Numbered from the stretch's first letter, positions 20,253-29,996 are shown. The stretch: DNA of 56,440 nt from a virus (IMGVR_UViG_3300036983_000059:1-56440), one strand, 5' to 3'. Notes: generated from the sequence alone by a model not told the origin. A program made the numbers and translations.

Positions 20253-20747
20253 ATGGCGAAAAATTGGTTACCAAAAGAAGCTTTTAAAGCGATCAAAGAA
20301 AACGACAAAGAAGGAATTAATGATTTTGCAAGAAGATTTCCAAATGCAGCAATTGCAATAGCAACACAAAATATTGAAGCAGTTTTAAATGCTCTTCCTG
20401 ATTACATGACATTGAGGAAGCTAGAATCAACTTTAAAAGGTGATATTGAAAATGTTGAAGAAGATTCAGAAGAAGAAGTTGCAGAAGAAAAGCCTGCTAA
20501 AAAAGAAGTAAAAAAGGAAGAGCCAAAGAAGGCTGTTAAAAAAGAAGAAATTAAACCATCAAAGAAAAAAGTAGTAGTTGAAGAAGAAGACGAAGATGAG
20601 GACGAGGACGAAGATTTTGATGATGAAGATGAGGACAAAGAAGAGGAAGAAGTAAAGCCTGCTAAGAAAAAAGTTAAAAAAGAAGAGCCAAAAAAACCAC
20701 TAAAGAAAGCAAAAAAAGTTGAAGATGATGATTTAGATGATTTTTAA
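20253..20747 (+). CDS. Hypothetical protein with a blocky acidic/Lys-rich disordered C-terminus
   Basis: AAGGAG RBS; repeated KKEEPKK and poly-D/E blocks. Confidence 0.7.
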   Translation: MAKNWLPKEAFKAIKENDKEGINDFARRFPNAAIAIATQNIEAVLNALPDYMTLRKLESTLKGDIENVEEDSEEEVAEEKPAKKEVKKEEPKKAVKKEEIKPSKKKVVVEEEDEDEDEDEDFDDEDEDKEEEEVKPAKKKVKKEEPKKPLKKAKKVEDDDLDDF

Positions 20748-20784
20748 TCTCTGAAAATAAAAGAGATTACAACATAAGATGATA

Positions 20785-20820
20785 AAAAAAAGCGCAGATA
20801 AAATTTCTGTGCTTTTTTTA
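20785..20820 (+). terminator. Rho-independent terminator
   Basis: AAAAAAGCGCAGA...TCTGTGCTTTTTT. Confidence 0.8.
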
Positions 20821-20889
20821 TTTATAAAAATATTTAAAAAAGTTTTCAAAAACATGTTTACTTTTGCTCAAGAAAGTGTATAATAATAT
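20821..20889 (+). promoter_or_regulatory. sigmaA-like promoter cassette, copy 2
   Basis: TTTACT 20857-20862 and TATAAT 20879-20884; spacer TTTGCTCAAGAAAGTG is identical to copies 1 and 3. Confidence 0.85.
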
Positions 20890-20924
20890 TAGGAAGTAAA
20901 AAAAAACGTTGGAGGAAATAAAAA

Positions 20925-21161
20925 ATGAGCATTAAAATAAACAACATGATAATTAATTCGTCATCATCAAAGCATATTACGTTTACTTATCCAGGATTTG
21001 AAAACATGATTGATTATAACAGCAAAATGGTAACACCTGATTTAAACATGGCTATATACAGAGATTTGGAGCAATTTGGAATACACAGCAACAACGTAAA
21101 AGAAATAAGCTTCAATAATCATTATAAATATATGATTGCAATACTGGAGGGGGAGCAATGA
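20925..21161 (+). CDS. Hypothetical protein
   Basis: GGAGG RBS after promoter copy 2. Confidence 0.55.
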   Translation: MSIKINNMIINSSSSKHITFTYPGFENMIDYNSKMVTPDLNMAIYRDLEQFGIHSNNVKEISFNNHYKYMIAILEGEQ

Positions 21162-21736
21162 AAAAAATATTTTTATTTATTGCATTAATTATATTTTTTT
21201 ATATTCCAAAAGTAGTTATAGCGGAAGAATTAATTAATTCTATTCAGAACGAAGTATATAAAGAACAAAATTTTAAAAAGTTTTTATTGCCAGCAAAAGA
21301 AATAGAATCGGATAATGAAGAAATAATAAAAATAAGTAAGTTTATAACAGAAGGATTAAAAACAGATAAAGAAAAATTTAAAGCAATTTATATTTGGGTG
21401 ATAAGCAATATATCTTATGATTTCGATAAATATAAAAATATTATTAATAAAAATTACTCAGATGAGTATGGAGCTTTAGTTACATTAAAATCAAAGAAAG
21501 GCGTTTGTTATGATTTTTCTGCCTTAATAGCAGCGTTGTCTAGAGCAGAAAATATACCAGCAAAATTATCAATGGGTTATAGTGAAAATGTATTTGGTTA
21601 CCATGCTTGGGTTGAATTTTATGATATAAATAAAAAAGAATGGAAAGTTTACGACCCAGCAAATGATTCATTTAAAAGTAATAAAAAAGCAAAAGCAAGA
21701 AATAAAAACGAATATAGAGAAACATCAAATTTATAA
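21158..21736 (+). CDS. Secreted or membrane-anchored transglutaminase-like cysteine protease
   Basis: Signal peptide; AIYIWV..NISYD; triad GVCYDFS / YHAWVE / VYDP. Confidence 0.85.
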   Translation: MKKIFLFIALIIFFYIPKVVIAEELINSIQNEVYKEQNFKKFLLPAKEIESDNEEIIKISKFITEGLKTDKEKFKAIYIWVISNISYDFDKYKNIINKNYSDEYGALVTLKSKKGVCYDFSALIAALSRAENIPAKLSMGYSENVFGYHAWVEFYDINKKEWKVYDPANDSFKSNKKAKARNKNEYRETSNL

Positions 21737-21747
21737 GGAGGCAAGAT

Positions 21748-22197
21748 ATGGGTGTGCTGCTTGATTTTAACAAATGGAATATTTATTTAGATAGCCATCA
21801 AAATTTTGTAACAGCTACAGTGTTAACAATAGGGCTTATAATATTTCTAATTACGTTTATAAGCTTGGAAACAGATAATTCTGCTGATGATATGAATTTT
21901 TTTATTAAGTGCGGAATATCAATATTTATTTCTATGGTGTTAACTGCTGTTATGATGGTATTATTAGTATTTATGCCTGTTTTTATAATATTATTATTCT
22001 TATTAATATCTGCATTTATAATATCTATTATAATTAAGCATGTTGGTGATAGAAAAGCTAAAACAAGAGATTCGCAGATAGAGGCAGATATAGATTATAT
22101 AACTAATAAAGTTTATGCAGAGTTGTCAAAACGTTCACCGCAATTAGATGTGAATGTAATAAGAGCTCAAGTATCAAAAACGCTTAAGAAAAATTAA
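21748..22197 (+). CDS. Membrane protein (about 3 TM helices)
   Basis: Long hydrophobic segments; AAGGAGG RBS. Confidence 0.65.
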   Translation: MGVLLDFNKWNIYLDSHQNFVTATVLTIGLIIFLITFISLETDNSADDMNFFIKCGISIFISMVLTAVMMVLLVFMPVFIILLFLLISAFIISIIIKHVGDRKAKTRDSQIEADIDYITNKVYAELSKRSPQLDVNVIRAQVSKTLKKN

Positions 22198-22214
22198 TTG
22201 TAAGGAGAAAAAAT

Positions 22215-23216
22215 ATGAATGCAAAATTAGATTTGAACAATATACCAAAATTAGTTGGTGAGAAGCCAAAAGAGAAATTAGAGGAATGCTTCAAGTTGAT
22301 TGACAATACAAGGTATCCGCTTTACTTCGTAGGACCTTCGGGATCTGGCAAATCAATAATGGCTATGAATTTAGCAAAGAAATACTCAGAAGAAAAAAGC
22401 GTGCCAGCATATTATGTTCAATTAAGCCCTGAGCAAACTAAAACAAGTTTAATTTTAGGGTTAAGATTAATAGATGGAAGTTTGAAAGCTCATAAAGGTG
22501 TTGTAGCTGAGTGTATGGAGAATGGTGGAATAATAGTAATAGACGAAGCAACGCATACAACACAAGAAATGCTATTGATGTTTAATTCAATTTTAGACAG
22601 AACTTCAATAACATCCATCGGCGATGAAATAGTTTATGCAAAAGAAAGCTTTAGGATTATTTTTTGTAGCAATGATAGTTCATATGCCGGAAATATTAGG
22701 TTGCCACAATCGTTTGCACAACGATTAGTTACATTTTATTTTGATTATCCAACTTTTGAGGATGAATGTAAAATAGTTAACAGAATTGCTAAAGATGAGT
22801 GTAATATAGATTTTAAGATGAGTGCAAACATAATAAAATATGTTACTAGTTTGCTAAGAGATTTAAGAACGAAAGATTTTCCATTATCAGCAAGAAACGG
22901 CTCTATAGCTACAATAAGATTAGCTTTAGCAACTAAAAAGGAAGTTAATAAACCCGATCCTTACTTTACAGTGAATAGCAACGTTGAATCAATAAGAAAA
23001 AAGATAGCAATTAGAATCTTTAATAATGTTGATAATATTGGAATTGCTCAAATAGCCTCAAAAGAAGTTAATGCATTTATAGATTATATTTCTTCGGTTG
23101 GCATTCAAGAGTTCAAAGATATAATATTTAGTTCGTTCATGTATTTTTTAGACGTGGATGGAAGTGAATTAATGAATGATAAAATAAAAAATAACATACA
23201 AAGTTCTATAATTTAA
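22215..23216 (+). CDS. MoxR/CbbQ-like AAA+ ATPase
   Basis: GPSGSGKS Walker A; IVIDEA Walker B; FRIIFCSN; LPQSFAQR. Confidence 0.88.
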   Translation: MNAKLDLNNIPKLVGEKPKEKLEECFKLIDNTRYPLYFVGPSGSGKSIMAMNLAKKYSEEKSVPAYYVQLSPEQTKTSLILGLRLIDGSLKAHKGVVAECMENGGIIVIDEATHTTQEMLLMFNSILDRTSITSIGDEIVYAKESFRIIFCSNDSSYAGNIRLPQSFAQRLVTFYFDYPTFEDECKIVNRIAKDECNIDFKMSANIIKYVTSLLRDLRTKDFPLSARNGSIATIRLALATKKEVNKPDPYFTVNSNVESIRKKIAIRIFNNVDNIGIAQIASKEVNAFIDYISSVGIQEFKDIIFSSFMYFLDVDGSELMNDKIKNNIQSSII

Positions 23217-23240
23217 AAATAAAGAAATGTAGGTGAATAA

Positions 23241-24707
23241 ATGAGGGAGCAAATAAGACCAATTTTATTAGTAAGTGATAAAAGTGTAAAGATAGTAGAA
23301 AATTCATATGTTAATTTAGCGTCAGTAGAAATTACAAAAAACGATTCATATGTAATTGTGCTAAATAACGATAATATAAAAAAGTTACATGAAGAGAGTT
23401 GGGTAAATAAATATATATCTTTGGAGGAAATGACAATTGGATTTTTATTCCATGAAGTTGCGCATATAAAATATGATAGTTTTTTAGTGAAAACGCCAAA
23501 TTTAAGTATAGCGAAATATATAACTAATTTACTTGAAGATGTAAGGGTGGAATATAAATTAGCAGTTGATTATCCGGCTTGCTCAATATACTTAAAATGG
23601 ATTATATTTGCTATCAAAAAGAAAATAATTAGAACGTTTGGCTCATTTAACGGAAAGCAATTAAGCAAAGCTGATAAAATGTTAGATGATTTATTTAAAT
23701 TTGTAAGATTTGATGTAATAGATGGAGTTGATGAAGAATTTTTAAATTTTATTTTTCCGCTAGTAATGTCTGCAAAAAGAGGGGATGAAAACAATTGTGC
23801 ACAGATCGCTAGTATGATATGCTATTTTATAATAGAAAAAAGTGGCATTGATGATAGTGATAAGAAAAATAGTTTCGAAGAAAAAGAAGTTAGCACAAAA
23901 GAGCAAGAATTTTCAGATGCAGGAAAAGAAATATTAAAAGAATTAAAAGAGTTAAAAGAAAAAACTACAGAAATGAAAAGCAAATCTAACTATGATCTAG
24001 TTATAAAAGAAGAAGAAAATGATTTATATAGGTTAACAGTTTCTAAGCATAGCGAAACTATAAACAAAATTAGAAGTGTGTTTAAAAAACTATTCGAATC
24101 TACAAGAAAAATAAGAGCATATGATGGCGACCTAAATTTAATGAAACAACAAGAAGCGTATTTAGGATCAAAAATAAATGAAGATACACTGAGTTATTTG
24201 CAAACTAAATTAGTTGATCCAAGTTTAGATTTTATTTTAATACGGGATGTGAGTGGTTCAACAAGTGCAATGAGCATGCCGTATGTCGAAGCAACAATTT
24301 GCTTTTTAGCAGCAGTCGAAAGAATAAAAGGAATACGCACAATGCAAATAGATTTTAGCGATAAACATATAGTTAATAAAACATTCGATGAAGACCTAAG
24401 GACCTCAAGGATAAACGAAAATGCCAATGGGGGTACACAATTATTCTCGGCAATAAATAAAGTAAATTCGTTATCTTTTAAAGGATATTCAAAGTTGTGT
24501 ATAGTAGTAACAGATGGAGAAATTGAGGATATTGCAGAATGTAAAAGTATAATCAAAGAGTTGGAAAAAAAAGGGGTTGTTGTTGCTTTTATAAGTGTAG
24601 AAGATCAAGTAAAAAGGCAAACTTCTGTGAATGTCAAAAGTTGCAAGATTGAAGAATTAAATGTTGTTTTATGTGAAGTATTAATAAATAATTTAAGAAG
24701 GAGGTAA
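23241..24707 (+). CDS. vWA-domain protein with N-terminal HExxH metallopeptidase-like domain (MoxR partner)
   Basis: HEVAH...NLLEDVRVE; MIDAS motif DVSGS...GGT...VVTDG. Confidence 0.85.
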   Translation: MREQIRPILLVSDKSVKIVENSYVNLASVEITKNDSYVIVLNNDNIKKLHEESWVNKYISLEEMTIGFLFHEVAHIKYDSFLVKTPNLSIAKYITNLLEDVRVEYKLAVDYPACSIYLKWIIFAIKKKIIRTFGSFNGKQLSKADKMLDDLFKFVRFDVIDGVDEEFLNFIFPLVMSAKRGDENNCAQIASMICYFIIEKSGIDDSDKKNSFEEKEVSTKEQEFSDAGKEILKELKELKEKTTEMKSKSNYDLVIKEEENDLYRLTVSKHSETINKIRSVFKKLFESTRKIRAYDGDLNLMKQQEAYLGSKINEDTLSYLQTKLVDPSLDFILIRDVSGSTSAMSMPYVEATICFLAAVERIKGIRTMQIDFSDKHIVNKTFDEDLRTSRINENANGGTQLFSAINKVNSLSFKGYSKLCIVVTDGEIEDIAECKSIIKELEKKGVVVAFISVEDQVKRQTSVNVKSCKIEELNVVLCEVLINNLRRR

Positions 24708-24712
24708 GTAAA

Positions 24713-25237
24713 ATGGATTGCCCGCATTGCAAGAAAATAAAAATAAAAGTTAACTATGGTCTTAAATTATATTATCATGAAGAAGGAGGGTTGTGCAATA
24801 TATTAAATTCTATGGAAACTGCAGGTGGAGAAATATTAAGCAAGATGTATGGGGTAAGCGACGTTATTAATGAAATGTCATATTTGTTTGTAGATTCGAT
24901 AAGGAAAGATGTTCATCTATTTTTATCGAAAATAAATGATAAAAGCGAACTTGCAGAAGAGGTAAAGAAAATAGTTAAAATATTTACAAAGTCTGATGGG
25001 TTGATTGAGTGTAACATGGCTTTTAAAGACTTTATTGATGATTTTGGGCAAACTGGAATGAATAATCTTGCATATTTTAATTATAGAAATTTGCCTACAG
25101 CTTATAGAAATATGCGTGCAAGATTAAGTATGCTAGAGATTAAAGAATTATATAAACAAAATTTTCATAAAAATAGCTTTTATGAGCAGAATAAAGGTTT
25201 AAAGGAAATGTTAAGCAAATTAGGTAAAAATAGTTAG
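24713..25237 (+). CDS. Hypothetical protein with N-terminal CxxC
   Basis: AAGGAGG RBS; CPHC...H...C. Confidence 0.55.
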   Translation: MDCPHCKKIKIKVNYGLKLYYHEEGGLCNILNSMETAGGEILSKMYGVSDVINEMSYLFVDSIRKDVHLFLSKINDKSELAEEVKKIVKIFTKSDGLIECNMAFKDFIDDFGQTGMNNLAYFNYRNLPTAYRNMRARLSMLEIKELYKQNFHKNSFYEQNKGLKEMLSKLGKNS

Positions 25238-25245
25238 GAGGATTT

Positions 25246-25488
25246 ATGGATGATTTCAGTGAAGCAATATTTTTGCAAATAATTCAGAAGTTTTCATATA
25301 AAGATGAAGATGCTAAAATGAAAGAATATTTAAGGATGCTATTGAAATGTGGTATAATCACAGAAAAAGAAAAGAAAGAGCTTGAAAAAGAATGGTTGGA
25401 TAAAATTTATTATAATAAGAAAAAATATTATAATAAAGGGTATTTTAATAGAAAGAAAGTAGGGTTATTCGATGTAGTTGGTAAATAA
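25246..25488 (+). CDS. Hypothetical protein
   Basis: AGGAGG RBS. Confidence 0.5.
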   Translation: MDDFSEAIFLQIIQKFSYKDEDAKMKEYLRMLLKCGIITEKEKKELEKEWLDKIYYNKKKYYNKGYFNRKKVGLFDVVGK

Positions 25489-25512
25489 AAAAAAAGGGAT
25501 GAGGAAAATTTA

Positions 25513-25647
25513 ATGAAACTTGTAGGATTTGTTTTTATATTAATTGCTTGCTATATTCTTGATTTTAAAGAAAATTTTGCAGTATGGTTAATAGTTTTAG
25601 GGTTTAATTTAATTTTATATACAAAAGGGGGAAAAGCTGATGAATGA
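25513..25647 (+). CDS. Small 2-TM membrane peptide (44 aa, below ORF-track cutoff)
   Basis: GAGGA RBS; MKLVGFVFILIACYILDFKENFAVWLIVLGFNLILYTKGGKADE. Confidence 0.45.
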   Translation: MKLVGFVFILIACYILDFKENFAVWLIVLGFNLILYTKGGKADE

Positions 25648-25825
25648 TTTGATTGCAATAATAAACGAAGCAATAAATAAAAACAATATATATGAAGGAA
25701 AATGGATTAATTTAATAGATACGCATCATAATAGAACGATAGTAAAAGTTGAAGAAACTGCATATGATGAGTATCGCAGTGTTAGAAAAAGTAAAATGTT
25801 TAAAGTAACAGTGGAGGAAATATGA
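25640..25825 (+). CDS. Hypothetical protein
   Basis: GGGGG RBS; stop overlaps the next start. Confidence 0.5.
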   Translation: MNDLIAIINEAINKNNIYEGKWINLIDTHHNRTIVKVEETAYDEYRSVRKSKMFKVTVEEI

Positions 25826-26802
25826 TGGGAAGAAAAACTTGGGATGAATATTTTATGGACATAGCAAGCAAAGTAGCTGAAAGATCAACATGCGATAGAG
25901 CAATGATTGGTGCGGTGATTGTAAAAGATAAAAAAATAATAGGAACTGGGTACAATGGAGCGCCAAGTGGCCAAGAGCAATGCGATGAAGTTGGACATTT
26001 GCTAATAAACAATCACTGCGTTAGAAGCATACATGCTGAAGTAAATGCAATACTCCAAGGGCTTGAAAAGCACTCTCTAGAAGGTGCAACTTTATATTGT
26101 ACGCATAGGCCATGTATAGAATGCAGTAAATTGATTATTCAAGTAGGGATAAAAGAAGTTTGGTATGAAAGTGAATATGTAGATAATCGTTGCAAAGAAT
26201 TTGGGGTTAGTATTCAAGATGAATTGCTAGAAAAAGCAGGGATAAAAGTTGTTAATATTAATAAAAAAAATAAAGACGTAATTGTTTGCATAGTTGGCGA
26301 GTCAGGAAGTGGTAAAACTTCTATAGTAAAAAATCTTGAAGCAAGAAGATTTAATGTAATTCATTCATACACAACGAGAGAGCCAAGGGAAGAAAATGAA
26401 TATGGGCATATTTTTTCAAACATAGGTCAATATGAAAAAGACTTGTCGTCTAATTCAGTAATAGCAGAAACAATTTTTGGAGCAAATGCTTATTGGGCGA
26501 CAAAAGAGCAATATGAAGGGAAAGGAATTACTTTTTATGCAATTGATCCAAAAGGCGTTGATAAATTAAGAAAAGCTATAAAAGATAAAATAGTGGTAGT
26601 TCAAATTACAGCCAGTCGTTTAACGAGAATAAAACGTTTATTTTTGCAAGGCTTTACAGAAGAGCAAGTTAATGAAAGGATTGAAAGGGATGAAGGAAAA
26701 TTTACTAATTTTTATAAAGATTATACTATAAGTAATGATGGGGATTTTCATGAAGCCATTCTTGGAATAGAAGACATTTTATTTAAACTATTTTTAAGCT
26801 AG
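25822..26802 (+). CDS. dCMP deaminase fused to a guanylate-kinase-like domain
   Basis: WDEYFM..A...RSTC, GYNG, IHAEVNAI, PCIEC; then GESGSGKT, SYTTREPRE, IDPKG. Confidence 0.9.
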   Translation: MMGRKTWDEYFMDIASKVAERSTCDRAMIGAVIVKDKKIIGTGYNGAPSGQEQCDEVGHLLINNHCVRSIHAEVNAILQGLEKHSLEGATLYCTHRPCIECSKLIIQVGIKEVWYESEYVDNRCKEFGVSIQDELLEKAGIKVVNINKKNKDVIVCIVGESGSGKTSIVKNLEARRFNVIHSYTTREPREENEYGHIFSNIGQYEKDLSSNSVIAETIFGANAYWATKEQYEGKGITFYAIDPKGVDKLRKAIKDKIVVVQITASRLTRIKRLFLQGFTEEQVNERIERDEGKFTNFYKDYTISNDGDFHEAILGIEDILFKLFLS

Positions 26803-26824
26803 TTAAATCAACTAGCTTTTTTTA
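26797..26824 (+). terminator. Rho-independent terminator
   Basis: AGCTAGTT-AAATC-AACTAGCT followed by a T run. Confidence 0.8.
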
Positions 26825-26918
26825 TTTATAAAAATATTTAAAAAAGTTTATAAAAAAGTGTTTACTTTTGCTCAAGAAAGTGTATAATAGTATCAAGAGA
26901 AAGAAACAAACAAAAAAA
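26825..26918 (+). promoter_or_regulatory. sigmaA-like promoter cassette, copy 3
   Basis: 93/94 identical to 6555-6648. Confidence 0.85.
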
Positions 26919-26938
26919 ACATTTTGGGGGGAAAAAAC

Positions 26939-27745
26939 ATGGAAATAAAATTTGATTTTACTAGAAAATTTGGGGTTGAAATTGAGTTTAATGAAATGGC
27001 AGTTTCAAAAAGTCAATTAGCAAGTTTAATAAGAGCAAAAGGGATTGAATGCAGAGAAGAAGGATATAATCATAGCACAAGATCACATTGGAAGATAATA
27101 ACAGATTCAAGCTGTGGATTAGAGTTAGTAAGCCCTCCAATGATTGGTCAAGATGGATTTAATCAAATCGAAATAGTATGCCAAGTATTAAATGAAGTTG
27201 GAGCAAAAGTAGATAAAAGATGTGGATTACATGTTCACCATGATGCTTCGGATTTAACAATTAATAATTTTAAAAATTTATATAAAATATATTCAAAATA
27301 CGAAAATGGCATAGATTATTTACAACCTGAATCAAGAAGAAAAAATAATAATACTTATTGCTACTCAATAAGTGCTAATGATTTAGCTTTAATCGAAAAA
27401 GCTACAACAATATACCAAATAGCAAATGATATTTTAAGTGGCAAAAGATTTTATAAATTAAATGTTCAATCATATTTGAGGCATGGCACAGTTGAATTTA
27501 GACAACATAGTGGAACAACTGATGCACAAAAAATAATAAATTGGGTTATGTTAACGAATTTAATAGTAGTAAAATCTTTTGAAAAAATTCCATCAACTAA
27601 ATTGAATACAGAAGAAAAACATGTTTGGTACTATATGAAAAAAATGTTAGGATTGTATTATACAGAAGATGCTAACAAAATACAGTTGAGAAAATTCTTT
27701 GATTCAAGATATAAAACATTAAATAAAAATATATTAGCTGCTTAG
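26939..27745 (+). CDS. Putative amidoligase (Amidoligase_2, carboxylate-amine ligase)
   Basis: FGVEIE, WKIITDSS, ELVSP, CGLHVH, RFYKLN, TVEFRQHSGT. Confidence 0.88.
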   Translation: MEIKFDFTRKFGVEIEFNEMAVSKSQLASLIRAKGIECREEGYNHSTRSHWKIITDSSCGLELVSPPMIGQDGFNQIEIVCQVLNEVGAKVDKRCGLHVHHDASDLTINNFKNLYKIYSKYENGIDYLQPESRRKNNNTYCYSISANDLALIEKATTIYQIANDILSGKRFYKLNVQSYLRHGTVEFRQHSGTTDAQKIINWVMLTNLIVVKSFEKIPSTKLNTEEKHVWYYMKKMLGLYYTEDANKIQLRKFFDSRYKTLNKNILAA

Positions 27746-27771
27746 GCAGCTTCCTATGGAGGGAAAGCAAA

Positions 27772-28026
27772 ATGATTAAAATAAGATTCAAAAATGGAGA
27801 ATGTGAAAAATTTAATAGTTTCGAAGATGCAGTTTTGTTTTTAAAGTTAGATGCATTTGTGTCAGCATCAACAACAAAAGAATATATGAGCGATGTTAAA
27901 GGCAGATCAAAAATAATGTTTGGTAAAAAGCATATATCTTTTAGAAATGAAGAGGAATTTTGCTATGAATTGTTGAGAATAAAAGAGTTTTTAGAAATAG
28001 AAGTTTTTAATGAGGGGGAAGTATGA
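27772..28026 (+). CDS. Hypothetical protein in the amidoligase operon
   Basis: GGAGG RBS; lies between the amidoligase and GGCT genes. Confidence 0.6.
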   Translation: MIKIRFKNGECEKFNSFEDAVLFLKLDAFVSASTTKEYMSDVKGRSKIMFGKKHISFRNEEEFCYELLRIKEFLEIEVFNEGEV

Positions 28027-28445
28027 TGTTATATTTAGCATATGGCTCAAACTTAAATAAAAAGCAAATGAAAATAAGATGCCCAAAATCAGTTCCATTA
28101 AAATCAGTTGTTTTAGAAAATGCAAAATTATGCTTCGAGCAACATGGGGTTGCTAACATAAGAAAGGGGGATAGCAAAGTTTATTGTGCAATATACGAAG
28201 TGTCAGATGATTGTATTAAAGCTTTAGATAGATACGAAGGCTATCCTTATTTATATAAAAAAGTCAAAGTAAAAATTGAGGGTTTAGTTACTTTTGCATA
28301 TGTGTTAAACTCTAAAATGCTTCCTAGTGCACCAAGTGTTGCATATTATAATATTATAAAGAAAGGTTATTTAGATTGGGAAATGAATCCAAGGAGCCTT
28401 GATAAGTGGTTAAAAGAAACAAAAGAATTGATAAGAGAGGGATGA
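28023..28445 (+). CDS. Gamma-glutamylcyclotransferase (GGCT/AIG2-like)
   Basis: YLAYGSNLN..QM..RCP; LDRYEGYP..Y; PS..YY..I..GY. Confidence 0.9.
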   Translation: MMLYLAYGSNLNKKQMKIRCPKSVPLKSVVLENAKLCFEQHGVANIRKGDSKVYCAIYEVSDDCIKALDRYEGYPYLYKKVKVKIEGLVTFAYVLNSKMLPSAPSVAYYNIIKKGYLDWEMNPRSLDKWLKETKELIREG

Positions 28446-29779
28446 TTAAAATCATAAAAGTTAAAAAACCAAAAGGACTTGTTGTGCAGCCATATAAACA
28501 TCAAATACAAGCAGCTAAATTCTTAATTAAGAAAAAAGCTGCTATTTTGGCTGATGAAATGGGAGCAGGCAAGACAATGTCTAGCATATTGGCTGCAAAT
28601 ACTATGGGGTTCCCTGTTTTAATCGTTTGCCCTGCCAGTGTAAAATACAATTGGGAAAAAGAAATCAAGCTAGTAGACAGTTTTGCACAAATACACATAT
28701 TGACAGATAATAAAGAAATAACAGATTGGAATATCATAAATTACGATATTCTTAAAAATTTTAGTTTATTAAAAAAGTTGAAATGGAAAACAATAATTTT
28801 TGATGAAGCACATTATTGCAGAGGAGTTACAAATTATGGTAGTCCTAAAACACAAAGAGCAAAAGATTTTTTAGCTTTATCAAAAAGAACTGAAAACCTT
28901 TATGCACTAACAGGTAGTCCAGTATTTGACAGGCCAAAAGATTTATACAATGTGCTTAAAGCAATTAAGCATAGCATAGGCAGTATGAGATTTATACAAT
29001 TTGCAAAGCGATATTGCGGTGCATATAACAACGGCTTCGGCTGGGTTGCAAAAGGATCAAGCAATACAGAAGAACTTAATAATGAGTTAAAGTCATGTAT
29101 GCTTAGAAGATTAAAAAAAGATCTATTAGATTTACCAGATAAAATAAGAACTTTCTTACCTGTAGAAATTAACATAAAACAATATAACAAAGAAGTAAAA
29201 CAATATGAAAAAGAAAAGAAAGAAGAACTTTTAGAAGGAGGCTTTGAATTAGCTCTTCAAAGTTTTAAGAAGCATTTAATTGCAAAATTAAAAATAAAGC
29301 ATACAATAGAATTAGCAAAATCGTTAGTTGAAAATGATCAGCAAGTAATAATATTTACTTTTTACTCAGAAGTGATAAAACAAGTGCAAGAATATTTTGG
29401 CGATATAACTGTTAAACTTGATGGGAATTGCACGGCTAAACAAAAGCAAGAAGCTGTAGATTTACTTCAATCGGGAAAAAAGAAAATATTTGTTGCTAAT
29501 ATGATTGCAGGAGGTGTAGGAATAACACTAACTGCAGCAAATAATTTAATATTCAATGATATGGATTGGACCCCAGAAAATCATAGGCAAGCAGAAGATA
29601 GGCCACACAGGATTGGCCAAAAAAATAATGTTAATATATTTTATATGTATGCTAAAAATTCTGAAATGGATGAAAAGCTTATTGTGTATTTAAAGGAAAA
29701 ATTAACAGCAATATCTGAAATCTTAGATGATGGAGAGAACAATGATTTAGCTTTAGATATTGTGGAAGCAATGAAGTAA
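28442..29779 (+). CDS. SNF2-family (HARP/SMARCAL1-like) helicase/ATPase
   Basis: ILADEMGAGKT, IVCPAS, DEAH, LTGSP, MLRRLK, GVGITLTAA, WTP...QAEDR.HRIGQ. Confidence 0.92.
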   Translation: MIKIIKVKKPKGLVVQPYKHQIQAAKFLIKKKAAILADEMGAGKTMSSILAANTMGFPVLIVCPASVKYNWEKEIKLVDSFAQIHILTDNKEITDWNIINYDILKNFSLLKKLKWKTIIFDEAHYCRGVTNYGSPKTQRAKDFLALSKRTENLYALTGSPVFDRPKDLYNVLKAIKHSIGSMRFIQFAKRYCGAYNNGFGWVAKGSSNTEELNNELKSCMLRRLKKDLLDLPDKIRTFLPVEINIKQYNKEVKQYEKEKKEELLEGGFELALQSFKKHLIAKLKIKHTIELAKSLVENDQQVIIFTFYSEVIKQVQEYFGDITVKLDGNCTAKQKQEAVDLLQSGKKKIFVANMIAGGVGITLTAANNLIFNDMDWTPENHRQAEDRPHRIGQKNNVNIFYMYAKNSEMDEKLIVYLKEKLTAISEILDDGENNDLALDIVEAMK

Positions 29780-29789
29780 AAAAAATAAT

Positions 29790-29838
29790 AAAAAAGTTTA
29801 TAAAAACTGTTTACTTTTATCTATAAATTGTTTATAAT
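29790..29838 (+). promoter_or_regulatory. sigmaA-like promoter
   Basis: AAAAAGTTTATAAAAA upstream block; TTTACT 29810-29815; 17 bp; TATAAT 29833-29838. Confidence 0.75.
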
Positions 29839-29879
29839 AAAAATGTAAAAAATAATACATAAACAAGGGGGAAAAAAGT

Positions 29880-29981
29880 ATGCAAGAGAAATTGGTATTT
29901 TTTTGTTTTGGTATGGCGGTGCTATTGTTTGTTTTAAGTTTTGCAGATATAATGATGGATAAAGTTATCAAAACTAAATAA
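29880..29981 (+). CDS. Small membrane peptide (33 aa)
   Basis: AAGGGGG RBS; hydrophobic core; first gene after the promoter. Confidence 0.45.
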   Translation: MQEKLVFFCFGMAVLLFVLSFADIMMDKVIKTK

Positions 29982-29996
29982 CAAAGGAGAAAAGCT

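Noticed and set aside
20176-20361. 61-aa ORF MYAWPYRFES...
   Set aside because: It overlaps the tRNA-like T-arm and the better-supported 20253 gene, and has no RBS.
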